A DNA stretch of 64,000 bases from Vicugna vicugna (taxonomy: Eukaryota), in contig MU058065.1 of NCBI GenBank assembly GCA_013265495.1, positions 2,829,003-2,893,002 on the forward strand, in the 5' to 3' direction. The translations under genes and the position numbers were made by a program. Each line of letters opens with the position of its first letter. The first letter of the stretch is position 1. The notes beneath the pieces were generated by a model, which did not search any database, had not been told where the DNA came from, and saw only the letters and a program-made list of their open reading frames with translations. Shown here one piece after another: positions 27,782 to 37,920 of the stretch.

Positions 27782-27878
27782 CTGAAATTTGTTTGGAAAA
27801 AAGAAGAGGAATTTAACAGGATATATTTTTACTGGAATTAGAAAATAAAAGAGTGAGGTTTAAATCTGACTTTGTCAC

Positions 27879-27971
27879 TTTTCTTTAAATGCTTTTGCTC
27901 CAAGAGGTTTAAAATTTGACAACCTATCAATGTCATAAGATAATAAAGGAGTAATGTATCCCCAGACCAGT
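27879..27971 (-). pseudogene. Pseudo-exon
   Basis: Very strong polypyrimidine tract, cctttaag|, donor |gtgaca. 93 nt with two open frames. Flanked by 92- and 97-nt introns. Confidence 0.55.
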
Positions 27972-28063
27972 CTTAAAGGAAATGAAAGTGGAAAAGAACA
28001 GATGAGGAAAAGCAAAAAGAAGGCTTCCGACCCCACACAAAAATATCCATCATTCCTTCTCAC

Positions 28064-28288
28064 ATAGCCGGTGGGGGATTAAATTCCCCCATTAAAATGC
28101 AATTTCCAAATGAGAGTAACAACATATTTATCCACTTTAAGACCCTTCTATAATTTCCCATTTCTAAAATCTGAATGTATTTTACAATCAGTGTCATTGT
28201 GTACATTTAACTTAGTAGTAGTTCTTTTGCCCCCTCAAAAAAGAGCAAGGTCAATCGACACCTTCAGGATAGTTTATAAAAGCAGGTC
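28064..28288 (-). pseudogene. Pseudo-exon, DH unit C C-terminal part (frameshifted)
   Basis: ttttccattcacag| ... tat|gtgaga. DH-like pieces fall in three different frames: PAFINYPEGVD; LLLS*MYTMTLIVKYIQILE; IHSDFRNGKL*KGLKVDKYVVTLI. Confidence 0.55.
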
Positions 28289-28402
28289 CTGTGAATGGAA
28301 AAGATGATGATTACAGGGAAAAAAATATCAGAACAATATCACATTTTACTTCAGTGAATAGAATTTTGAGCGGAAAATTTTTCAAAGTTTTCCAAGTCTC
28401 AC

Positions 28403-28477
28403 TGGTACATAGGTGAGTTTGGCCTTCGGGTACATTTTATTGACATTACGTAAAACATTTAAATGTTGTCCTCAGAT
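28403..28477 (-). pseudogene. Pseudo-exon, DH unit C middle
   Basis: Strong pyrimidine tract, atypical GAG acceptor, donor |gtgaga. Reads I*GQHLNVLRNVNKMYPKAK, resembling DH 'L.VY..Y..NYP.A'. Confidence 0.55.
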
Positions 28478-29164
28478 CTCATCAGATGTAAAGAAAATGA
28501 AAGGGAAGAAAACAAAACAAAATAGACTCCCTGACATTACCCAGGGAATCTTTAAAACTGGAAGTAAAACTGGCTGCTTCTCACTCAGTCTGTGGCTCCA
28601 GTTCTTGAACTTTGTGTCCTGACTCCCTAAAATCCCATTATTTCTGAGTGGACTGATAAGGAAGTTTATTTTGTGGTCTGAGACCCCATACAGAGAACCT
28701 CCCCATCACCTCTGATGCCATCACACAAGCATGGGCTGCATTTGTAACCTGGGATCCATGGAGGAACTTCCAGAATGTTTACAAATCTTTCCATTACTTT
28801 GGAAATTATCTTCACAGGCAAGAGAGCTTAATGTCACTTTTGCAATAATGCTATTATTTCCTAATAAGAAGTGAAATGTGCTATGTGATGCTACTATACA
28901 GAATGAAGAAATGTGTAGCTGCCATCCGTTTCATAAGAGTGTTGATCAGAGTAGGAATTGAAAAAAAAATTTTTTAACTTCACCGTTTTGATTATAGCAT
29001 GTGTCTGCCTCAAGATTCTTATGCTATAAAATATAAAAGAAAAAAGAGCAGTAGAAAGATTATGCATATTAAGTTTTTATTTTCATTCTGAAATGTCGTG
29101 TGTGTTTCCTCTTCCCACTGTACATAAACCAGCAAAGCCAAAGCAATACCACATGTCTTCCAAC

Positions 29165-29414
29165 CTGTGAATACATCCGACAGTGTGGCTCATTCTTGGG
29201 AGAAGACAATTGCAAAAGCCTAGAACTTCAGCAAAACTTGGAGATACCCCAACATAAGAGCTTTGTATATTCAATATGTAAGGAAGGGTGGGTGGAGAAA
29301 GCCCGACTTTCCTTCTGTCCAAGTGACTACTCTGGGAGAGGAGTCTGGAGATGACAAACTTTCAGATGATGGAGGAAAAGCTTGTGCAGGCTGAAGTCGA
29401 AGGGCTACAGAGAG
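29165..29414 (-). pseudogene. Pseudo-exon, N-terminus of DH unit C
   Basis: tgtctgcag| ... cag|gttgga, 250 nt. The best frame has a single stop: ...SSII*KFVISRLLSQSSHLDRRK...YILNIQSSYVGVSPSFAEVL...SHTVGCIH. Confidence 0.6.
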
Positions 29415-30475
29415 CTGCAGACACCCAGAAAACAAAGGTTCTTGAAGGTCCTGTATTTCAGAACTCAGTAAACGTGGGGTAAGGATTCCCAATCCTTTCC
29501 CAGCTGACATGGATTCAAGAATGAGGACTTTGAAGAGATAGCCTCACAGACTTCTGGACAAAGGAAATACATTCATTTGTTCAAATGTTTAGTGAGTATT
29601 TCCCATATGCCAGGTACCAGCCTAGGTACTGGGCACACAGCACTGAACAGAGCAGTTAGGATTCCTGTCTGTGGCACTTGCATTTTACTTAGGGGATGTG
29701 ATATGATGTGGAATCTTTAAATTTTTGTTGTTCTTCCCTCTCTATTCTTTCCTGACAAAGCGAGCTTCTTTCAGGAGCTTCAACTCCTGTTCATTATTTT
29801 CCTAGAAATGGAGCCATTAATACATACTGTAGCTTTTTTTTTTTCACCATCACATCTGGGAAGGTCATCCAGTGGATGTTATAATAATTTCTTCTTTTTC
29901 ATGTGGTGTGTAGTTTCCTATTGTGCGAGCATACCACGATTTTATTTATCTAGTGTACTAGTATGGACGTTTGGGTTGTTTTGGGGGTTTTTGCTTTAAT
30001 GAATAAGACTGTTTATGAATATTCTTTTGCTTTTCACTAGAATTTAATAATAATGCTGTGGTTGTATTGTATTCTTTATGGTTACTTTTTTTCTTAAGGC
30101 GATGCTGGTTTTCTATTTGAAATAGTAACGAAACTTTTCCTTTTAAATTTAACTAGTTTGAAAAGAGACTAAATCTATTTTTTTAAATTGCATAAATATT
30201 TATAGATTAAGGAATATATTTGTTCAACTTCACAAAGGAAAGATCCAACAGACCAAAGTCTGGAGAACTGTTCCAAGACAGTAATCATTGGTAGCTAGAA
30301 ATGGAAAGCTTTAGAGAATAAATGCTATGGAAATTTAGCAAACAAAAGGATTACAAGAGGCTGGAGCAAATACAAAGCCTTTGGATTTCATTGGATTATG
30401 AATACCCTGAAGGAAAGAATGGTATCTTCTTCACATTGATACATCCAACACCTGAAAAAAAGTATCTGGTTGAAA

Positions 30476-31032
30476 TGTTGCAGAAAAGCCTGTGACAGCT
30501 CAGTGTTACAGGTCAGTGTGCAGTTAGGTGCTATAGCTCAGTTGTGACAGCAACCTGGATACAGGCAAGAGACCAAGCAGCACTCAGAGAGTTGGAGAAC
30601 TCAGGTTTATTACGCCAGCGGGCCCAGAGAAGTTAACACTCCAAGCTCTGGACCCCTGGCTGTAGGTTTACCTTTTATAGGCTACCAGTCTAGATGTTGC
30701 AACATTTTGTAACATCACATGCAAATAAGGTATAACAAAGGTGACTAATTAGGAACAAGCTTTGTAGAAGTGGACCAATCAGGAGTGAGAGAAATGGACC
30801 CATCAGGAGTGAGCTCCATGCAAATGAAGTACTACAAAAGTACCGATCAGGAGTTAGCTCAGGGAACCAATAGAATTTTAGGGGTAAATTCCACTTTCCT
30901 AGAAGTAAACCATTTCAGAGGCAAAAAGTGAGATAAAGTGGCTGGGCCAGGGAACTGGATAGTGCTGGCAGGAGAGTAGTGGCCCTGCCTGGGAGTCCTG
31001 TTGGTTTTTTTATGGGGCTTTCCACCTCGCCA
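30476..31032 (-). mobile_element. Solo endogenous-retrovirus LTR
   Basis: Minus-strand AATAAA at 30606-30611, repeated ccaatcagg-type boxes, and TG..CA-like ends. Exact boundaries uncertain. Confidence 0.7.
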
Positions 31033-31040
31033 AAACTTAC

Positions 31041-31083
31041 TCTGTGAGCATAGACCATATCTGCATCTGAGGAACAGAGTTCT
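31041..31083 (-). pseudogene. Pseudo-exon, PH C-terminal helix-like
   Basis: gatttctccttag| ... aga|gtaagt, 43 nt. One frame reads NSVPQMQIWSMLT, with the PH-helix Trp. Confidence 0.55.
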
Positions 31084-31357
31084 CTAAGGAGAAATCATAC
31101 AGTAGACTCCAGGCAGTGGGGACAAAGTGATAAAGGGGACAAGACAGAAAAGAAGAAGAAATGCTCACAGAATATTCAAGAGAACAAACTGACTCAAGGA
31201 GAGCCCTATAGGGTAGCAGCAAGGGATAAACTGAGAAGAGAGGGGTGAGGCCAGACATGGGGCTGGAGAGGCAGAAAGTTGAGTTGCAGACCCCACCTTC
31301 GTGGGCTGTAGTCAGACAGTTCATCTTGTACACTACACACTTGAATGTTTTCCTCAC

Positions 31358-31416
31358 CATGGGAACTCATAAAACATGAAGTAGCTTATCAATGGACAGC
31401 CGCTCAAAGGAAGCCC
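31358..31416 (-). pseudogene. Pseudo-exon
   Basis: atttcag| ... atg|gtgagg, 59 nt. One frame open (GLPLSGCPLISYFMFYEFP). Confidence 0.5.
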
Positions 31417-31579
31417 CTGAAATTTCCATAGTGAGTGGGGGCCTAGTCAGTTTATCATCTTCCTCTTTATCAGAAGGGTTTTCTGCAAAGTCCCAGACGT
31501 TAATTGCAGTTTGCACTCTTGTTCTTCACGAGCGGGAATGTTTTCCAAACTAAGTACGAACCATCGCCGCCTGACTCAC

Positions 31580-31708
31580 ATGTTCCAGGAACTTTCCTTC
31601 CAGACAAGAAATTCAGTCTTTGTGTTCCCTTTTTTACAGCCCACGAGCATCTCATATTTCATCCGAATGGGGAAGTTCTCCAAGAAGAGTCCCCCTCTCA
31701 TAAGGCAG
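31580..31708 (-). pseudogene. Pseudo-exon, PH-like N-terminal strands
   Basis: aatgtcag| ... cat|gtgagt, 129 nt. Open frame CLMRGGLFLENFPIRMKYEMLVGCKKGNTKTEFLVWKESSWN, resembling PH 'L..EG.L....F..ML..CKK'. Confidence 0.6.
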
Positions 31709-31887
31709 CTGACATTGGTTTAGAAATGACTAATTAAGTTTAAAGCCAGTCAGAAGTATGTGAGGCTTTAGACCATGAAATATCTTTTCATCAAAAGTGC
31801 ATTTTGCAAAAGCAGAGATGCTGCAAATTCTGCATCTCTCATTAGGAGTGCGCTTCATGGTGTAAACAGATATCTTAATCTCCTCAC

Positions 31888-31935
31888 AGTAATTATTCTT
31901 AGGGGCCTTATAGGTCATAATTGGCTTTGTCATCT
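31888..31935 (-). pseudogene. Candidate pseudo-exon
   Basis: tttgcacttcacag| ... t|gtgagg, 48 nt. Open frame MTKPIMTYKAPKNNY. Confidence 0.45.
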
Positions 31936-32049
31936 CTGTGAAGTGCAAACTTGAAGATATAACAAATAGCAACAGTAGTAAACTCTGTGAGCTGTTAAGA
32001 ATACATCTTGTAGAAACATCCTTGCTCAGGAGCAGCACTGAAAAGTCTA

Positions 32050-32120
32050 ACCCCGATTCCGGGTACGTGCAGAGGGAGGCGTTGCCTAACACGCAGGCTG
32101 AGTGTTAGAACCGGCGCCCA
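32050..32120. promoter_or_regulatory. Small CpG cluster with an RFX X-box-like motif and TACGTG
   Basis: Seven CpGs in ~70 bp of an otherwise CpG-poor window. GTTGCCTAACAC at 32081-32092; TACGTG at ~32064-32069. Confidence 0.35.
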
Positions 32121-32661
32121 AAGCAGCCACAGGGAATGACTACAAGGCTGTGGAGTTTAGATTTAGGAATTCTGGGTTTTTCCCACTCTGAATTATATGA
32201 CCCACAGCAAGATGTTTCACTTACCTGTAACCTTCATTATACACATGAGGAACTGAGGTACAGGAGATGCTCCAAGGAAATTTCAGCTCTAGTATTTCAG
32301 TTTCTAGACCTTCTGGTACAGTGAGGAGATGGACATCTCAAGGGTAGTTCCTTGTACTCAGCAAATTTTGCCAGGCTATGTTTCTGAGTCATCATAATTA
32401 TCATCATCGTTTCCTATTTCATATAGCACAATGGTGTTTCTGACACACTAGTAGTCAGACATGCACTTGGAGCTGACTTTTCCAACAGTGCATAAAAGAT
32501 TTGCATGAATTCAGCCATGTTCTTAGCCACCATTCACTTGTGAATAAATGCAAAGAGTTGAGAAATGATCTTGTGATAAAAATAAACTTGAGAAAATGTG
32601 CATATTATCTTCTGTTTCTTAGTATTCATATAGTAAAAGTTCTAAAAAATACTAAAGAAAC

Positions 32662-32855
32662 ACATAAAATAGATAAACAAGGAACTACTGCAAAGCACAA
32701 GGAACTATACTGAATACCTTGTAATAGCCTATAATGAAAAAAGAATATGAAAAGGAATATATATATATATATATAAAACTGGATCCTTATACTGTACACC
32801 AGAAATCAACACAACCTTGTAAATCAACTATACTTCAATTAAAAAAAAAGAAAAG
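32662..32855 (+). mobile_element. Short 5'-truncated L1 3' end
   Basis: aaaatagataaacaagg...actatacttcaattaaaa; TSD-like aaagaaac. Confidence 0.8.
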
Positions 32856-34842
32856 AAACCCTCTAATTCCATGTCCCCTCAATTTCTTTGACCAGGAAGC
32901 TTTCCTCTCTTTTGCCATAACCTAGGCCTCACCCTCAAACCTCAAAACATTATTATTGTCCTGTCACATTTTTAAAAATGCTACTGCTTTGTCCTTTATT
33001 TAAGATTAAAAGAGAAGACGTCAAAGTAAGTTGGAAAATTTAGCAATGTACAAAAGAATTTGCTTTGAGTTTTAGTTTCCCAGTCTTTTTCTAAGGATTA
33101 AATAAGACAGAAAAGATTTAAATGAGGTGAAAAGATGAAATATTGAGAAATTCCAGATTGAATCACATAGCCAAAAGTAGCCTGGATTCTCCCCTAGAAT
33201 TGGGAAGTAATTAAATGAGAAAGTCTCAAGAGAACAAAACAACTGATAAATGTATGAAAATGTATTCTTCCTCACTAGTATTCTGAGTAATTCATATTAA
33301 AACAATATTGGGACACTATTATTTATTCCATCATAGTGACAAATGTTTAAAAGAATGCTAAGGCTCATGATTAAGGAAAGTATAAATTGGTAGCACTTCA
33401 ATGGTGAGCAATTTGGGCATACAAATAAATGCCTCCAAAATGTATGTTTTATTTAACTTAGAAATTCTACTTTTGGAATTAATCAGACAAATACACAAAG
33501 ATGTATATACAAGTTGTTTATCGTACTGCTATTTATAATAGCAAAAAAACAGATATGGTGAAAAATGAAAAGCCATTTAAATGTTTATTTAAAAGAGACT
33601 AATGACATGGACCATATGTTCTATTAAAAATTACTATAGAAAGGCATATTTATTCAATGGGGAGAGTTTAGGATGCATTATTAAATAACAGGAAGCATAT
33701 TTACAACGTGTGTGCTTTGATAAGATGTTTGTAAATGTGTGTGCTGATATACAGTCTACTATTAACAGTGATTATTTCTGGGGGCTAGAATTACAGCTGC
33801 CTCTTGTTTAAATTATCTGACTCCTTTTTCTAAAGTAAAATGTATTACTTACATAATAAAATTAATTAAATTTTTTTAAAAAGAGAGCAAAATCCTATTT
33901 GGAGGTAGGAATAGCACTGAAAGATTCAGTCCCAAAATGTTGAGAATTTTCTGAGGCACCCTCGAATATACCAGATAGGATATAAGTAGTGGGGGAAAAA
34001 TCCTCACTATTTTTTCACAAGTGACATGAGCCTTCATTTAAAAATTAATTGCATTACAAAATAAATTAAAGAAGGTTTTTAGAAATTAGCTAGGATTCCT
34101 TTTTTTTTAATTTTAGCCTGACTCTGATTTTACAGACACAAGGAAGACTCCAAGGCCTTGAGACAATCCCAAAGCTAGTTAAGGGCATGCTGGAGTCACA
34201 ACTGCCCAAGTTCTTTCAACTCTGGCCCTATAGACCCAAGCAGTTTATATGTATATAATAAAATATACCAGTGCTGAAAGAAATACTCATATTAGACTAT
34301 TCAGAATAACAATTAAATTGGCAAGCAATGAAAAGGCCTTGAGATGTCATTACTAGGATTGGTTTCTGCTCACCTCTATGTCACTTTAGCTGTATTTTTC
34401 GTTTGTTTGTTTTCCTTGTAAACATAACTTTTTTTCAGGAATAAAGGTAAGTTACAAAAGGAATATATGTTCACTGCATAGAGTTTAGAAAATACAGTTA
34501 AACATCAAAAAGAACATCAAAATCACCTGAGATTCCCTTTGAGTTTTCGTTCTATGATTAGAGTATACATATTTATTTTAGAAAAATAGGATTATGCTCT
34601 ACCTACATTTTGTACCTTTGACTATTTTACCTTGAGAAGTTCACCTTTTTGGTTTTCATTTATAAGAGTTCTTTACGTCTAATGAGAGTGACTCTTGGCC
34701 ATGTTCCAAATGTTTTTTTTCCCTAGTTTGTTGTTTAGTTTTCTATTTTGTTTATAATTTTTGCTTTATTTTACTTTTATGTAGTAAAATATCTCATTGT
34801 TTTTCTTTAAGGTTTCTGCCTGTTTTCTCAGGGCCATTTTAC

Positions 34843-34964
34843 TCTTAGAAAAAGTGTCAATCTGCTTCACATTCAACTCTGTGCTTCTTTTTATTTTCTG
34901 ATATTATCATTAATTCCAACCAGAATCCCTCGAACAACTTGAAGCTCAGATGTAGCAATAGGAT
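34843..34964 (-). pseudogene. Pseudo-exon, PH C-terminal-like (unit B)
   Basis: ttttatttccattttaag|. Reads YPIATSELQVVRGILVGINDNIRK in frame with the previous exon. Donor uncertain (gtgaag 34870 or gtaaaa 34842). Confidence 0.5.
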
Positions 34965-35644
34965 CTTAAAATGGAAATAAAATGACCAACAATATTGCAA
35001 ATATAAAGTTTTGCCAGTCTAGTGATTGTCAGGGGATTGAGGACTGAAGACCAGGGATGAAGTGAACTGGAGTTAATACAATCAAAGGCTAGAAAATGAG
35101 TGAAAAATATGTAAAATTACATGCCACATCATGTGTGATACCAAACATCAAGAGTGATCTGAAACATTTAGGTAAAAACCCTAATATTTTCAACTATTCA
35201 ATTTTTTTTCAATTTATTTAGATGTTTAATTTTTTTCCATTTTTATTTTGACTCTTAGCACTTTCTAAACATTGTAGGTTATGTTCATTAACTTAAAAAT
35301 ATTCGCCTGTGATCAGCATGTACATTGGGCTTGGGTTTATTTATCAATCTTCAGCTCATTGTGGAACTGAGTCACATATGTGCCACGGGAAGTTTAACTG
35401 AAATGTTTAAAATACGTGTTCAGCATTTAGGGAAGGAAGTTGAGTGATATCTCAGGTAAGGGCAGAGAAAGAGAATTATAGGAGGCAGCCCTGCCCTTTC
35501 CACCCTCCTCTCTTGTCCAAAACAGCCCCATGCTTACATAAATAAACCAGTGTAGTTAATTACATTCAGCCTCTTCGGGTGGTAACTTATTCCACTTGCC
35601 CTGTGGGAGGTCTCGTCTCCCATACCAAGTATGTAAACTACTCT

Positions 35645-35909
35645 ATGAGAAAACAGACTTACGGTTACCAGCGGGGAAGGGGGTGGGAAGGGATAAATTG
35701 GGAGTTTGAGATTTGCAGATACTGACTGGTATATATAAAATAGATAAATAAGTTTCTACTGTATAGCACAGGGAACTATATTCAATATCTTGTAGTAGCT
35801 TATGGTGAAAAAGAATATGAAATGAGTATACGTATATTCATGTATGACTGAAGCATTGTGCTGTATACCAGAAATTGACACAACATTGTAAACTGACTAT
35901 ATTTCAATA

Positions 35910-35944
<35 letters not shown>

Positions 35945-35945
35945 A
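35645..35945 (+). mobile_element. Camelid-type L1 3' end with (TAAA)n tail
   Basis: gggtgggaagggataaattgggagtttgagatttgcagatac ... (aaat)n. Confidence 0.85.
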
Positions 35946-35952
35946 GTATTAC

Positions 35953-36257
35953 ATTTGAGTTGTAAAAATTGCAGTCTTGAAAGAGTGTAAAACCGGTGTA
36001 AAACTAAAACTCAAATCAAATGTTTGTGGAGCCCTCGAAGAACATCGATGTCACGCTGCTGTTCTTCAGAATTCATTTTGGAAATCACTATAATACATAG
36101 AAACTGGTTTCTTTTTGTTGTTGGTTTTGTTCAAAACTGAAGGAAGCTGATAGGACACTTTCAAAGAGTGATTTCTTCCATGTTTCAGGTGTCAATGCAT
36201 CCTCAAAACCATTTGTTGGGCTATTTTTAAAATATTCTTGTTATTTTCCTTTTTCAT
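35953..36257 (-). pseudogene. Pseudo-exon, DH-PH linker and PH-like strands (unit B)
   Basis: ctggacag| entry in frame with the previous exon: NEKGK*QEYFKNSPTNGFEDALTPE...FESVLS...KETSFYVL*. After a shift: IVISKMNSEEQQRDIDVLRGLHKHLI*VLVL. Donor |gtaata. An internal alternative acceptor lies at 36088. Confidence 0.55.
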
Positions 36258-36354
36258 CTGTCCAGAATTTTTAAAAGATATTTAAAACTTGGGAAAGAAA
36301 CTGCCAAGCAAAAGAAATGTCACTGTTAAAATGAAATGGTATTTTTTGACTCAC

Positions 36355-36465
36355 TTGTGTAAACTGGCAATATACTTGAAGCTTCAGTCGAGCATCTGGA
36401 CTTTGCCAGTTCAGCCAGTGAGAATGTGCCCTCTTGAAAGAGTGGGTTTACTTCACCTGTTTTTG
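36355..36465 (-). pseudogene. Pseudo-exon, C-terminal helix region of DH unit B
   Basis: aaccaacag| ... caa|gtgagt. Fully open frame KTGEVNPLFQEGTFSLAELAKSRCSTEASSILPVYT, phase 1 in and out. Confidence 0.6.
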
Positions 36466-36551
36466 CTGTTGGTTTAGGGACAGGAAGCTGTGTGGCCTTC
36501 ATCCAATTTTATTAAATGCTTTACTTCCAGAAGGAAAGCCTGATGACATAC

Positions 36552-36657
36552 AAGTCTTCAAGAAAGCCAGGTGATTCGACCATTTGATTAGCTTTTAGAA
36601 GGAATGAAAGGGTTCTGCTAAGAGTGTGGAATAATCAATAGGGTTGTTACTAAGCTG
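36552..36657 (-). pseudogene. Pseudo-exon, DH unit B conserved region 3-like
   Basis: ttgcattgtag| ... t|gtatgt. Reads QLSNNPIDYSTLLAEPFHSF*KLIKWSNHLAFLKT, resembling 'L..LL.EP.QR...'. Phase-consistent with the next exon across an 86-nt intron. Confidence 0.6.
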
Positions 36658-37499
36658 CTACAATGCAAGGCCCAGGAACACAATAGAAAGAATCAAGTGA
36701 TTTCCATTACAAGACACCATTAATAGTGAGAAACACACACCAAAAAAATGTAGAAGAAATAGGTATCTAGAATCTAGGCAATTTGGAATTTTAAAATTAG
36801 TACTGCCTGAGTAGAATGGAGGGTAGGAAGAAAGAGGAAAAGTCAGGAGTTATTCATTTATTCAGTCATTCACTCACTCAAAAATATTTTCTGAGCTTCT
36901 ATCTATGAGTAGCCACTGGGCTCAGCACTGACGATACAGTGATAAGCACTGAAGATAAGGCAGACGGTCCTTATCCTCTTAAGGAATTACATACACAGAA
37001 GGACAAAGAGTGACAAAAGCAAAGGGAAAACACCTAGAGGAGAATTCTCAAAAGCCTGAGATGAGCTGTGGATGACATCCAGACCTGACTGTTTGGGACA
37101 CATTTCTAATTCTGCTTCAGTTCTTTACTCATATTTACAGTGTATTGAAGGTTGAATGGAAATACTGAAGTGAGGCCATGATGTCCTTGAGTAAAGCTCT
37201 CTGAGCCTCTAAACAGGACCCCCCCCCCACAGGACAGCATCACCTTGGTGAATTCACAATGAATCAGGATAGGCTGGCTGGCTAATAATCCTGAATCGTT
37301 AGCACCCTGAGAAGGAAATCTGTCTCTAAGGCACAGGGCTAGTGTATCAACCAGGATACCAATTTATTAAGTTACACTAAGAAATATGACTATTGGATAA
37401 ACCAGCACAAATAAAGTATTGTCTTGCAGCAGGTAGAGCTACATGAGAAACCAAATTATGAACGAAAAGTTGATTTTAGGCAGCATTCTCCACTAAAAT

Positions 37500-37920
37500 A
37501 GCATGAGTCCACCTTCCCTACTACAGGGCCACTCTTGCCTATGAGACTATGTGGTAGCTTTTGGTTTGAGTCATCTCTGATGCTTTTGTTATTAGCCCAC
37601 CTCCAATCTGGTGACAGAGAACACTGCCCTGCCAAAAGGATGAGCAAACTGGCATAGCCAATGAGGGTACTCCCATCCTCTGAGCCAAAGAAATCAGTTC
37701 AGAGGGGTGGGCACATGACCCAAATCTAGCCAATCAAGATTCATTTCCGGGATGTTCTCAACAAGGTGAGGAGAGACACCAGAGCTCTCTCCCTGCCACA
37801 TGAGGTTGCTACGAGAAGGCACCTTGATCTTCACCTTGTCAGCATCCAGAATGGTGAGAAATAAATGTCTGTTGTTTAAGCCACTCAGTCTACAGTGTTT
37901 TGTTATAGCAGCCTGAGCTG
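37500..37920 (+). mobile_element. MLT1-family LTR fragments
   Basis: gagaaataaatgtctgttgtttaagccactcagtctacagtgttttgttatagcagcc; gggcacatgacccaa. Confidence 0.75.

Noticed and set aside
28355..28418. Plus-strand exon-like segment ending in ag|gtgagt
   Set aside because: Isolated, and it overlaps better-supported minus-strand pseudo-exons.
31041..31416. F-box-like reading SFERLSIDKLLHVL*VPMRTLFLRCR
   Set aside because: It contains a stop and conflicts with the PH-like reading that fits the surrounding domain order. Probably chance.
24100..31933. One continuous frame can be threaded from the ATG at 31933 through 11 exons with about 15 stops (mostly TGA) and no frameshift, hinting at recoding, selenocysteine or RNA editing
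   Set aside because: The DH/PH-like motifs often lie in other frames, TAA and TAG stops also occur, and the stop density is not far below random. Ordinary decay (CGA>TGA plus indels) explains it.
32216..32232. Perfect minus-strand donor cag|gtaagt at 32224
   Set aside because: Lies inside a MIR-like element, with no convincing acceptor or domain-like translation.
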